This document shows positions 25,841-37,871 of a stretch of 64,000 bases of DNA, in pieces. The position numbers and the translations under genes were made by a program. Position 1 is the first letter of the stretch, and each line of letters starts with the position of its first letter. The notes below the pieces were generated by a model. It was not told the DNA's origin. It made no database searches and saw only the letters and a list, made by a program, of their open reading frames with translations. Source of the stretch: Pseudogymnoascus verrucosus (Eukaryota); NCBI GenBank assembly GCA_001662655.1, contig KV460227.1; one strand, given 5' to 3'.

Positions 25841-27895
25841 ATGCCGCCACGACTCCCACGGCTAGCCCCCGGGCGACTGCGACTGGCGCGCACCGACAAT
25901 CTGCTGCCGAAGACGTCGAAATGTTTACTCTGCCAATTCAATGCGGCGCCATCAGCGGGTGGTGGTGGGAGACAGGTACCGCGTCGGCGGGAGCAAACTG
26001 GGATCGCAGCTATGCCGCGGGCGCGACGGGGACTTTCTACTGCGACTGCGACTGCGGTGGTGGAGGAGGAGGATATTGAGACGAAGCCACTTACGCCTAA
26101 ACAAGCAATTGCCGAGCTTGAGAAAGCACTGAGCGACCTCGAGAAACACGCAGTTGGGTACGTCAACCTCCCGCGCCTACGACTGGCGCAGCGCGGTGTC
26201 GAGCAGCAAGGTGGGCAGGAGGTTATACGCGTTGCTGTCATTGCGCTGGCGGGGCAGGGGAAGTCCACGGCGAAGAGTAGGGAATTGATACGGTTGCTTC
26301 TTGCGGATCCGTTGAAGGCGGAGGAGGAGTGGGAGAGGAGTTTGATGGGGACGGGGGATCCGGTGTTATTGCGTATCAGCCACCGCTCTGGCGGGGTTGT
26401 GGAGGGGGGATTCAAGAATCGGCTGGTGAAGGAGGTGCAGATCTCTTCAGCGATGTTGAATGACCATTACCTCGAGATTCTGGTTATTGACGGAGATGTC
26501 CTGACGGAATCCGAGGAGGGGACCGCGGGACTCACAGAGAACGTGCTGGTTCCCAATATCCAGATCCCCGCGTCATTCGGCGCGCACTACTCCCCCATAA
26601 CAGCACCAGTCCATAAAGCCCTCGTAGTAGGCGACGGCATCCTCGGCGCTGCATCGCTTCTTCGACTACCGACAATGGAGGGGGATCTCATCCAAACCGC
26701 CGTCGATCTACCATCCAGTATCCACGACACAGACGCCACCACCAGCCAATTCCACTCCGTCGACGTATCACTCGGCACTTCCGCCCTAACCGCCTTCCGC
26801 GAAGACGTCGGTAACGCACTAGCATACGAACACCAATGGACCGCCTCCGGGCTCCCCACCCTCCGCGACTGGGTCATCTCCGGCTCCTCCTCCTCGTCTG
26901 CAGCACCGCTAAAACCACCAGTCCACTCCCTCATCCGCTCCCTCCTCTCCTCCACAGAAGAGAAAATCCATTACCGCGAAGCCTCTGCCCTATCCGCCGC
27001 GCTGTCCGCAAAAGTGTCGTCGGCAACCACGCAATCTCTCCAGCGCGACCTGGATGAGTGGGCAGAAGCTGCGCACACGGAACTGCGCGACCAGCTCGAC
27101 CTCGCGTTCTCGGGACGGCGATGGCGCGCGCTGGCGTGGTGGAAGTTGTTCTGGCGCGTTGACGATGTGTCGGCTATCACATCTGATATTCTCGCGTCGC
27201 GATTCCTTACTGGGGCGGAGCAGGAGGTTATATATATCGCTGGGAAGATCGACGCAGCTGGTGTGCTTGGGGAGGCGAAGACTCCGCTGCCTTCGGGTAA
27301 GAATTGGGCGTATAAAGATGCGCCGCTGATACGCGATCCGGAGGAGGAGGTGCCTCTTGGTGTTGCACCAACCACAGAACCCCGCGTCAGGGATGTGATT
27401 CCAGTTATTGAAACACCCCTCGACGGACCCATCGCCACACCAGCTATAAAAGCACACCCCTGGCCTCTCCACATCCCCCTAACACGCTCCTACATCGCCA
27501 CAACCAGCATTCCGCGTCTGCAAGCCCTGGCGCAGAAACTCGTCGCGCAGACGCTGGGGACGACGGTGTTTAGTTCGGTGTTCGCGGGGCTGATATATGT
27601 GTCAAATCTTAGTGTTGGGATCTATGAGGCTGGGGCGGTGGCGGCGCTGGGGACGGTGTGGGCGCTTAGGAGGATGCAGGCGGGGTGGGAGGGGGGGAGG
27701 GGCTGGTGGGAACGGGAGGTTAGGGAGGAGGGGAGGAAGGCGGTTAGGGGGGTTGAGGGGGTTATGGGGGGGGTGTTGAGAGGGGGACAGGGAAGGGGTT
27801 TAGGTGGGGGAGAAGGGGAGGGGGTGAGGGAGGCGAAGGAGGCGGTTGTAAAAGCGAGGAAAGCGCTGGAGGTTGTGGAGGGGGGGGAGAAATAG
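25841..27895 (+). CDS. Mmc1-like protein with putative mitochondrial presequence (684 aa)
   Basis: Arg-rich N-terminus MPPRLPRLAPGRLRLAR; AHTELRDQLD...WRALAWWKLFWRVDDV; two C-terminal hydrophobic helices. Confidence 0.7.
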   Translation: MPPRLPRLAPGRLRLARTDNLLPKTSKCLLCQFNAAPSAGGGGRQVPRRREQTGIAAMPRARRGLSTATATAVVEEEDIETKPLTPKQAIAELEKALSDLEKHAVGYVNLPRLRLAQRGVEQQGGQEVIRVAVIALAGQGKSTAKSRELIRLLLADPLKAEEEWERSLMGTGDPVLLRISHRSGGVVEGGFKNRLVKEVQISSAMLNDHYLEILVIDGDVLTESEEGTAGLTENVLVPNIQIPASFGAHYSPITAPVHKALVVGDGILGAASLLRLPTMEGDLIQTAVDLPSSIHDTDATTSQFHSVDVSLGTSALTAFREDVGNALAYEHQWTASGLPTLRDWVISGSSSSSAAPLKPPVHSLIRSLLSSTEEKIHYREASALSAALSAKVSSATTQSLQRDLDEWAEAAHTELRDQLDLAFSGRRWRALAWWKLFWRVDDVSAITSDILASRFLTGAEQEVIYIAGKIDAAGVLGEAKTPLPSGKNWAYKDAPLIRDPEEEVPLGVAPTTEPRVRDVIPVIETPLDGPIATPAIKAHPWPLHIPLTRSYIATTSIPRLQALAQKLVAQTLGTTVFSSVFAGLIYVSNLSVGIYEAGAVAALGTVWALRRMQAGWEGGRGWWEREVREEGRKAVRGVEGVMGGVLRGGQGRGLGGGEGEGVREAKEAVVKARKALEVVEGGEK

Positions 27896-28566
27896 GGGAT
27901 AATTTGGGGGGATTGAAGGGGAACTGTACGGTATTTGTACTTTTAGGGGTGGCGCTTATAGGGAGGGGGATTGTAACAATACGAATAGTGAGCCTTTACT
28001 AAGATTTCATTAGAGTATGGATAGATGAGGAGCTTATCAGTAGATCCTCTACGATGATCCTAGATTCGCTAATACCCCTGCCATGTACATAATTGCAGTG
28101 GCTCATCCCCGCTCCCGTCGCCGTCGCGCATTAAGTGCAGTGGCTTGTGCTCGCTGCCGTCGTCGCCGTCTCAGCCATGCACTCGACGGACTCACCATCC
28201 CCATGACTCCCATATCCAAGCCTCACATTGTCTAATTGGGCGCATGCGCCCGTCTGTGTAGTACTTAGGCTTTCCCCAGTAGCCGGTGAGGAAGAGCCGC
28301 ATCGAAATGCGCTGTTATCATTGGGTAGAAACTAGATAGCTCGTGCATATTGCTGCCACGCCACACCCTGCAATGCCCGCTTTACAATCTGTAGCTCTGT
28401 GGCACGGCGCCTATAAGTTGAGGTTTCCTGTCGCAGCCTTGCGGGGGACGAAAGGCAAGCCGACTGACTAGAGAATCAAATCCACACTTTAAGCCTTGAA
28501 GCATTCTAAAAAGGTTTTGAATATTATTCCAGCGACTCGCGAGAGCCACTGCGATTCTAGACCACC

Positions 28567-29171
28567 ATGTCTCCTCCGCCACATGTTCCAGACGCCCAGG
28601 ATGACTTGGCTCGCCCGAGCAGCTCGGGTTCCATGCGCCGATTAGGCAGTATGGGGAGGCGACGGACACAGCCCCCGGAGTCGGCGTTGCGCAAGAATAC
28701 AAATTTCGCCAAGCTCGCGCGGCAGTCGACAGAGGCCAGCCTACTGCCGAAGGGGCCAAAACCGGTGCGGAATACATGCGATGCGTATGACTTGCCTTGG
28801 GAGACGCTTAGGGATTATTTGGTGGGGAAGTTCCCAGAGTATATGGTTAAGATAACAGTAGGTTATTACGTTCGAAGGCTTTCGCCTATTATTTATGATA
28901 CTTGCGACGTGTTTCTCATGCTGACTGCCACGCCTCTAATAGTTAGAAAAGGACCTTTATATCTTTAATTTGCCTGAGTTATTGACGACGGTAAGTTGCC
29001 AACACATTTAGCGCCCGACTATGTCTGCCATGTGTCGCTAATCAAATGGTTGTTGGCCTACAGGAAGACCACAAAGCCATCGACAGATTACGCGACAATA
29101 ACAACAACACCGCCAACAAGGAGGTCGTCGAGGAGCGGCTATCCCAATCACCAGAGCCCGGGGAACCATGA
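28567..29171 (+). CDS. Small hypothetical protein (about 148 aa), 3 exons, directly upstream of the CorA-like gene
   Basis: GT-AG introns 28858-28942 and 28991-29063 give one open frame ...LPWETLRDYLVGKFPEY...KDLYIFNLPELLTTEDHKAIDRLR...EPGEP*. Confidence 0.6.
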
Positions 29172-29561
29172 GAAGAGTGCTGTTGGGAGTTGGTTATCTA
29201 GGACTTATATATCCAATAAAATAAACTATCTGCTCATGCACGCTGCCTGCCTGGACCGTTTTCCGTAGCCCGTGCTGTGCTAGAGCGGCTGAGCAGGGGT
29301 GGTGGCGAAGCTGCGCCGCAACAACGTAACGGGGGTCAGCAGGATCAGGCGAGGACCTGGCAAGGCGTCGCCCAAGGTGGATCGCACTGACGTTTAAATG
29401 TGTAGCAGGGGGAAGCTCGATTCCACATAAATAGTATAACGCCCCGAGAATCGATTGCGAGGGTTAACTAGCATTGAAACGGTCAACAGCATCCCTGCAT
29501 TGAAGCAGCCCAGCTCACTTACTTTGATCGACAAAGTTTGACCTGCATATTTCCGCCTACC

Positions 29562-31496
29562 ATGGTTGTAGCTCCCGTGGTGATAGCTCCCGCGCTTCCC
29601 GACTCTTTCAAGCTCTCGTATGAGGACTTTGAGTCCTACCCTCATAACCTCATATATAGGACGGCCTGTACAGCGGTTCTCAAGGCGTACGAGTCCAGAC
29701 TAAAAGAGGCGTCATCGGCACTATTCATCGGGGAGGATGGGGAGGATGGAGCTGCAGACATTCCGTTTCGTGATTTCAGGGGACGAGGCAAGTTCTCACA
29801 TTTATATCTCAAGTTTTCAGTACTAACGCCATGTGCAGCTTTTGAGAGACGTAATATATTTAACGATTCCAAGCTAAAGGATTGGATTGGGGATCAATCG
29901 TCAATCGATCCTCTCGTGGCGACGCTTACTGGAGAGCTCGCAACGAAGTCTGATCCAAAATGCCGCTTCATGTAAGTGATAACATCCCGATGCCCCCTTG
30001 AGATTTAAGAAACTAGCTAGCCACTAACGATACATAGCTTCATACACGCGGCAAATAACTCCCGGCAGCAGCTTAGAATCACGCGAAAAATGATGCTCCG
30101 AATACTGAGTTATCACCAAGTCATGCCAGGCTATCTTGATTTCTTGTTCCCCTTCGGACTACAGAGCGTACCGCGGGATTTCAGGTTCAGTGCATTTCGC
30201 GAGCAGACTCTGCTAAATTCCCCATCTCGCGGGCCGGCTGTTCCTGGCTTGGGGAGAAGTGGGCGGCAGATTCAACTGAGCTTCAATCTCAAGGGTGTTT
30301 CCTGCACTTCGGACGCGAAAGTGTCTTTGCGGGAAAAGCGGTGGTCTCAACGGCAGGCTGCCGTTCATCATCAGTTTGATGTGGAACTTGGTACGACGTT
30401 GTGGATACTCACGAAGGGAAACCTGGAGCTTAAAGATAGGATTCAAGATGTGACTGGTAAGGATGGAAGGCTAGAAGATCGGTCTTTTGGAACAGTTGCC
30501 CAGTGCTTAATATCTAGCTTGGCAGTTCATCTCTTATTGTGTCAGTGGTCGTGTGAAGATTGGCGGTGGTATATTCTATGGCTAGAGGAAGTCATCGCAT
30601 ACGAGGTAAGCCAAATAATATACATTCCGCGGCAGATAATACTAACAATATCATGTAGACGAGGGAGGTAATCCTACCACGCGGCCCCGGAGAAGTACGG
30701 TATGAGTATAGACCGGAAGATTTTCAAGGCATTCAGCATTATGAGGACCAGGCCAGCCAAGTTTCCATGATCCTCGAAGCGAATTCGTATGTGCTCGAAT
30801 CTCTCCGCGCATACTACAAGGGCCTGTTAGACAGGAGTGACTTTGGGGTAATGGATTTATGTCGCGAAGAGGTTCTTTCATTTTGCTCACAAATCGACAA
30901 TATGATTCACAACGCCAAGATGGAGATTGTACGAGTTAAGACCCTGGTTCAAATCACATCTAGTAATAAAGCTCTGGTAAGTTATTTACATGTTATTGTG
31001 TATTTGTCGATTTTCTCATACACTAATGGAACTACAGGTCCTACAACATATCCAGAGCCAGGCAACCGAAAAGATGGAGAAACTAACAATAAGCATGCAT
31101 CAAGTCGCGGATCTGTCTCGGAAAGAAGCAATTGCAATGCGAATAGTTACCGTAGTCACACTAATCTACTTGCCAGCAACATTTGTATCCGTAAGTCTCT
31201 CATTTATCCCCTGTAAATACTCCTTTACTAACCCTCCGAAGACCTTATTTAGCACCGACATCGTGAAATTCCAGGACCAAGGAAATGGTGGCACAACCGA
31301 TTCCCTAGGCAAGGCATATGTCTCGTTCTCTAGTCTTGCTCTCGTTAGATGGATTCAAGTCACACTACCTCTGACAGCTCTGACCCTTACCCTCGGGTAC
31401 TTAGCTTTTAGAATGGCGGACAGGAAACGGAAGAGGTTCGGGTTACAACCCGAGGACTTGATGGATTCGATGGACTCAAAGGAAAGTATTGTTTAA
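29562..31496 (+). CDS. CorA-like transporter domain protein, multi-exon
   Basis: Introns 29788-29838 (GC-AG), 29972-30037, 30606-30658, 30977-31037 and 31191-31241. Motifs ILSYHQVMPGYLDFLFPFG and QAAVHHQFDV, a coiled stalk, and two C-terminal TMs (MRIVTVVTLIYLPATFVSTLFSTD; WIQVTLPLTALTL). Confidence 0.75.
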
Positions 31497-32188
31497 AAGA
31501 CTTCATAGATCCACTACTGTATATTACTTGGCTGGCCAATATCACGACGAAATGACAATAACAGGAAGTTCTTGATGAAACCTGCTCGAACATTCATAGC
31601 ACAGTGAAAAAACTCGACATTAAATTCGTCTAACCCCTAGATATCCAATCTTATTCCTCATCTCGAGAACACCCGCTAATACCATTAATCTTCTCAAACT
31701 CCACCACTCCCACCTACTCAGGCGCCTTAAATTTCACACGAGTACGCCCCATTGCTAAACGAGATATAATAAATGCATTAGCTGGTTGGCGGACGGGTGG
31801 TTATGCTTAAAATTAAAGTTAGCGGGCCGGCGGGAGGGCGGGGCTAAGTAGGGGTCTGTCGTTATGTAACTTACCTTTTTCTTAAGACGTAGATAGACTA
31901 AATTAGAGTACGCGTTCTATACTCTCATCTACTGCAAACAAACTCCTTTCCGCGTCTCTCCTCCCCCTTTGTACTTTTGTCCTAGGTATATGTAACCAAC
32001 CCTTCAGCTCCCTCATTTACCTAGCTACCTTCCCTAAAAAGCACCTCTCACCCTCATCGAAACACTAATCACTCCTAAACTCCGCTATCGAATCCTCTAT
32101 GCGTAGCTATCTCTTATGGACAGAAGAGAGACAAAAAATTCGAAGGATTTAGAGGCTCATTAAGTTTCGCGGAAATACTGTGATTGAA

Positions 32189-35100
32189 TCACCGTGGGTG
32201 ATAACTATGACGAGAGGATCGAGTAAACTGCTCCCGCTGTGGTTCTGCCGTCGCCGTGTTTCTTCGCACCTGTGACGATATGGGCTGCCTCGTTGCTAGT
32301 TCGAACAGGCCAGTCTCAGCAGTGCTCGAGGTCGGGAAATAATTTGTTGGCTGCTGCAATGGGGTCTCCGTTAGAGGGACGCCATCTAATTCTGAGATTA
32401 TAGACATAGTAGCCGGCTCCTCGTCGTCGTCGTATTCTTCGACGAAGCTTCCTAGAAGCATTTTGTTAACATCCCCCGAGCAGTGCTCGAAGTCAACAAT
32501 GTCCCTACATACGCAGTTAGTAGCTATACCTCTAGAGAATAAACTGCTACAAGGAGGCACTTACGGAATTCCAGAGTATACTAGATCGTCATCTAATCTC
32601 CGTAATCTGCTCGTCGCATTTGGGTCATGGCCGAATTGGATGAACTCTATGCTCACGGGCCGATGTTTGAGGTTGCCAAATATTTTCTGTACTTGGTTGC
32701 CAAACTCTATGATCATAGTGTCGACTCCGTTCTTGTCTTCCATGCCATCCCACTTGCCATCCGTAAGAACAATCAATGTAAGGTTTTTGCTCCAGCTCCC
32801 CCTTTTCTTCGCCACTTGAAAGTATTCGTAGAAGATATCCCCAAGTGATCCCTTCATGTCGGTGTGCAAATGATCTCTTGGCCGTGCTTCTTGATCGTCC
32901 ATGGCGTCTGTAAACTTAGATACAACGTTGCTATTCTGAACCGAAATGTTTCCGAAAGTGAAAGAGAGGTCCATTCCATTGTCGTCTTGGCCTATTGCTT
33001 TTAGTATGAGGGTTTCAAGTAGAAACTTCGCATTAGCCCAATATCGACTCATCGACTCGGCATTATCTACTAGAAATTTCTTAGAAGTATTAGTTAGGTT
33101 TTGCCATATTACTTTTATGATATGCAACTTACTATATCTCGATTACTAAAATGTCTGGAAAGGAGTTCATCTTTAGTGGTCTTTCTTCCGAACAGACGCA
33201 TCTTTGTACGGCTCTTAACTTCTTCGCGGGCTTGGAAGATATCCTGCGGCGGGTTGGTTCTCCGTTTCCGGTTCACAGGACGTTGCATAGTTGTAGCAAA
33301 TGAGCCGATTTGCATATATCGTGGGCTAAGGGGTGCTTCTGCATCTTTTCTGGTTGATATGTTCTCTTCTTGAATCCGGGAATTTCTCCGGTTTAATGGA
33401 CGTGGCTCCTCATTGACCTTCTGGGTTACCGGCTTATGAGACGATGGCACAGTTATAGAAATTTCAGGATACTCGTCATCTGTTTGGAAGTTGACATATG
33501 AATTACTCAATTCTGACTTGAGATACTCGGAACGTCGGGCCGTCATCTTCAAAGGGGCTCCAAGAAGTGCCGATTTTTGGGCTTGACGCTTATCAACAAT
33601 TGTAGGAGATTCCTTTGGCATGGTGAGTTCATGGGTGGTGCTTGCCATTGACTCCTTTGGGGGAGCTTCGTCAACCTCAAGAAGAGCCTCCATGATAGCT
33701 TTTGGGAGCGCCCGGGTTTCAGTTTGCATGTGAGACTTGATATCGTGTAGTTTTTTACAAAGCTCGGTTGCCTTGATTCGACAACCCGCGTCTCCCACAA
33801 ACATATCTTTGTCGATAAGATCAAGCACGCTGCTGGTAATAGTATCGGACTTGCGTAATACGCTTCGCAAATATGCATGCCAGCTTAGCACATCAGGGAG
33901 AACTTCTTTGCCGTTATGGAAATGGTCTAGGTCAGGGTGAGGTCTGGTGCGATGTGCAGCCTGTTCTTCGGAACTATTACGAATTGATCTTTGGCGCAAC
34001 CTCGTAAATTGCCGTATGCCTTCATGGCCTAGAACAACCCAGGTCGCAGCGATAGAAAAGACGCACCCTAGGGACCAGATGTCGATCGTTTGCGAGACTG
34101 CTCCTTCCCTTGTTCCGCTGCTAGAGTATCGGCGTTCTGGGGCACCTAAACCAAAATGTCAGAAGGCCGTGCCTTAGATTAGCATCACATTAATAATTAC
34201 TTACTATATGTCTCTGTGCCTCCAGCGACGACCTTCTTGGGCTCCGTTTCGGTATTTTTCTTTTTCACAAACGTTGCAAAGCCAGGGTCAGCTAATTTAA
34301 ATTTGCCTTGAACAATCAGAATATTATCCGGCTTAATATCCGCGTGCCACCTAAAACCGTCCGTCAGCTTCATAAAACCATTACCTAGGTTAGTACTTAC
34401 CCATTGAATTCTTGCGTTCGACCTTCCGTGTTTACCTTCAAGTGGTGGATGTGTTTCACTGCATCGGCTACATCAAACAGGCATTCCCAAAAGGATTTGA
34501 TCTCACTTTGGAAGACCGGTGGGACAAATTCCATAAAATATTCATCTAGATCGTGATCCCCATATTCCAAAATGATATTCGAGGTATTTGCCTTTATGGT
34601 CCCGGTTTCCAATGTCCCACCAGGTGTGATGATTTGGGGACTGGATGATTGGCGAATTTCAACATGCTCGTAATCGCCCAAATACTGTATCATGCCTGGA
34701 TGGTCACGAAGAGCTAGAAATGCTTCTTTTTCGTTTTTGAAAAGATCTCGTTTACCTTCGTCAAAGGTTTTTATAGCGAAGTGATATCGCTATAGTACGG
34801 TTATTACCAACACATTCTCATTCCCACTTTTGTGCTTCCGCAGCTGAAGATGAAAACCAACTTACCTGGCCAATGTCATCATTCGGGTCATTGTAGTTGC
34901 CATCTTTCGCAACAGCTCGAGCTAGATTAGGATCTACAAACTCCTCGGCGACTTCGATTTGCCAGAGTTGGGCGGTGGCACCCTTGTCGTTGATTTTCTC
35001 CTTTCTGTAGAATGGCAAAATATGGTCTACAACCAATTTGCGTCCCCTTCTCAGCTCAAATGTAGTTGGGCAAAACTGCCACTGCAAGTTGTTGAAGCCG

Positions 35101-35513
35101 TTTGCTAATGAGTTTGAGTCGCTTGTAACCATAGTTGCAGCCTTCTCTTGTAATGAGTGGAGGTTGATTGGAAGGTGTTTGTCGCAAATATCTTGTCTCC
35201 AGAATTCATCGATTAGATGGCCACAGTCAAGTTCGAGCAGTATACAGAAAACAAGAAGGCACCCATTGCGTTTATCAGACAATACATCCCGCGAGATTGG
35301 GAGAACGGGCCTATGACGGCTGCGTTTGCGGTATGCGAAATCAAGAAGATGGCTCGCCTGGGATCTACCGTCTGTTCCATTGCTCTCTAGCCAAAGCTTG
35401 AGCTTCTTCACCAGAACATAGTTTCGCCCACAGGCAGCTTTTTGGGTATATTTCTTTCGGGCAGCTCTGAAATCGGCTATGGCTGAGCTGTGATCGAGGG
35501 GAAGATTGTCCAT
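32189..35513 (-). CDS. Protein kinase fused to a C-terminal vWA domain, 6 exons
   Basis: Kinase motifs FAIK, NEKEAF, WHADIKPDNIL, KLADPG, GTETYSAPE, DIWSLGC. vWA motifs FLVDNAESM, LIVLTDG, VSIEFIQFG, LDDDL. Introns 34865-34790, 34400-34351, 34204-34146, 33132-33080 and 32564-32505 all keep frame. Confidence 0.85.
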
Positions 35514-36292
35514 CGTCGTGGGCTCGGGGTAGGGAATTCAAGGTAGGATTTAAGGGCAGACGGTCGGCGGCTTGGTCTCGAAAATGCTGCGACTGCGATC
35601 CCAATGTAACAACGGCATGCAGTCGCATAAGCCTTGTATAGGTGAGAGAACTCGAGGCTATAATCTGATGGCAGGTGCTAGGCGACTCAGACTCGGAGGG
35701 CGAAACAAATGCAATAGGATGTAGTTATATCAGTTTTGCGCGGAATGAAGAATTCGAGGCTGGGACATGCGCGCGCAGGCAGCTGGTGACTTGGACTCGG
35801 TCGGTGATGGTAGGAAACAAATGCAGCAGGCTTCAGTTAGAGTACATGAGTCGCGTATCTGGGCGCACGATTGTCACATTCAGGAGGGGCTCATCGGCGA
35901 TGTCAAGGTCCCAAAAACAAATATCCCCCGATAAAGAGATGACAGATTGAAAGAGAAAGGCGTGAGGCTGGCAGAACACGGCGATATTCCTTCAGCTGTG
36001 GCGGCTGGAGGCCTGCACCCCGCGGTGCAGGCCAGCCTTGCTACTGTCACGCAGACACACACGTGCTTTTGTGTCGAATCTGCTTTGATGTTAGGTCATT
36101 CTGTTGCATAGTTCGATCAAGATGAACAGTAATATTTCAACGTGAGAGTCTATAGAGGAAGATAAGATGTTTCTATGTTTCTTAGAGGTTGGTAGCAACT
36201 TCTAAGGGAGAAGGAGAGGGTCGAATTTAATGGAATGAGAGATTCTTGGTACTGTATCAGGCATGGTCACGTGAAAGTAGTACCATAAGCGA

Positions 36293-36804
36293 GGTAAGCA
36301 CGCTAATCTAGTATCCGCTAATCCACTTATCGTCGGAGCCGACGCCTTCAACCCGTCGGTTCCGACAATTAATCCGACAATTCCCCCCCGCTAAACCCAA
36401 CTAATCAAGGTACAGCCCTTACTGCCCCTCTTTCCCCTCTATTACCGCCTAATCTGAATGCAGCAGGAACTACTAATTACGATACGGATATCCTGTACCG
36501 CAGTGTTGTTCTAGTTTGTACCGCTAATACAAAATTACTACTGTAGGTACTTATATAGGTCTAGGTTATTGCTAATTATTAGATAAGTTGCCCTATAATA
36601 ACCTTAATGATAGAAGACAAAGGACAAACCTATATAGAACAACATAGTTACTACTACTATTAGGTATGCTGTTATACGAAAGGGGTTATATATATTGTTA
36701 GATTGCTTCATAATATGCATAATGGCTTACTATGAACGCCACAGCGTAAATCCGTAAATATAACTAGCAAAAGATCGATAAACTGCCGTTGCAGAGGGCT
36801 GATC
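36293..36804 (+). repeat. Left ~512 bp direct repeat, RIP-like mutated copy
   Basis: Colinear with 49639-50167 from ggtaagcacg to gagggctgatc; differences are mostly C>T and G>A. Confidence 0.93.
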
Positions 36805-37871
36805 CTAACCCTAAGCTCTAAAATGTCCTCTTTCTAATTAGGGACAGGGTAATATTTATAGGAACATTCTGCAACAACGATATAATGTACGATAGGATGA
36901 TCAAGGCGTTTAACAGTACAATTACGTTTGTAGGAGAGGAAGAACAGGCAAATGCATAGGAGAGGCGAGAATTTAGGTATTAGCATTTTGAGGCGTATTG
37001 TTACCGCGCGCCACTTAGGAAAGCTGTATGATACAGTGATAGTATGAGATGTATTAAGTTCCGATTTCAACCTCTCTAATCAACAAATAATCCTATTCAT
37101 CATCAGAGTCAGAGTCTCTGTTCTTTAACTCGTTGCAATAGCGGTGGGAGAAGGAGGCGCAACAAGAAAGCTCTTGGAATACAGTAAGAAAATGATAGGG
37201 CGAAGATGAGATGAGAAAATGGCTAATGATTTGAAAGTACAGGGTTCAGAAGCACGAAGCGCCCAAGGGAAATCTAGAGGGCAATGTGGATGGCAGTAGA
37301 TCCCGAAAGGAATGATTGGATCTAGTAGCATTCAGCTCCCTAGCCGTAGCTTATAGGCACATGGCCAATATAGGCGCTTTACTAGCCGCCCAAAGACATC
37401 CATCTCCTTGTATATTGTGGATGCAGTATAATAGCAGCTCCCAACAGTCACTCCGGGGTGTTGCCTGCTGTATCCCATTATTAATAGGCCTCGTGATCTG
37501 GCTGCTTTATGCAGGGGCTTCGGGGTGATAGATTAGCACCACATGAAGAACAGTTAATAGCATTAATTGTGAGCCCTCAACGCGTGTATAGTGCTCGAGT
37601 ATGAAGTCGGCCTTTACAACTATACGGATGATGGCGATTTAAAGTATTTTAGTCTACCACGTTAAAACCTCCTCATCGCCTTCACATCCCACAACCTTTA
37701 CCATAAGATATATATGTATCATTAGGGTGTATCACCCAAGCTACTACTTACATACATGTGCAAGAAAGTTGTCAAATATACATCTCTCATCATGACCGTC
37801 GTTTTACTTTGCAAAGACAGCAGCGTGTATGGTATGGATACAACCTAATTGGTACCTTTCCTGAATAATAT

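Noticed and set aside
28094..28170. 42-bp-period imperfect duplication near the left edge of the accessory block
   Set aside because: No matching partner was found at the right edge, so it cannot be called a boundary repeat.
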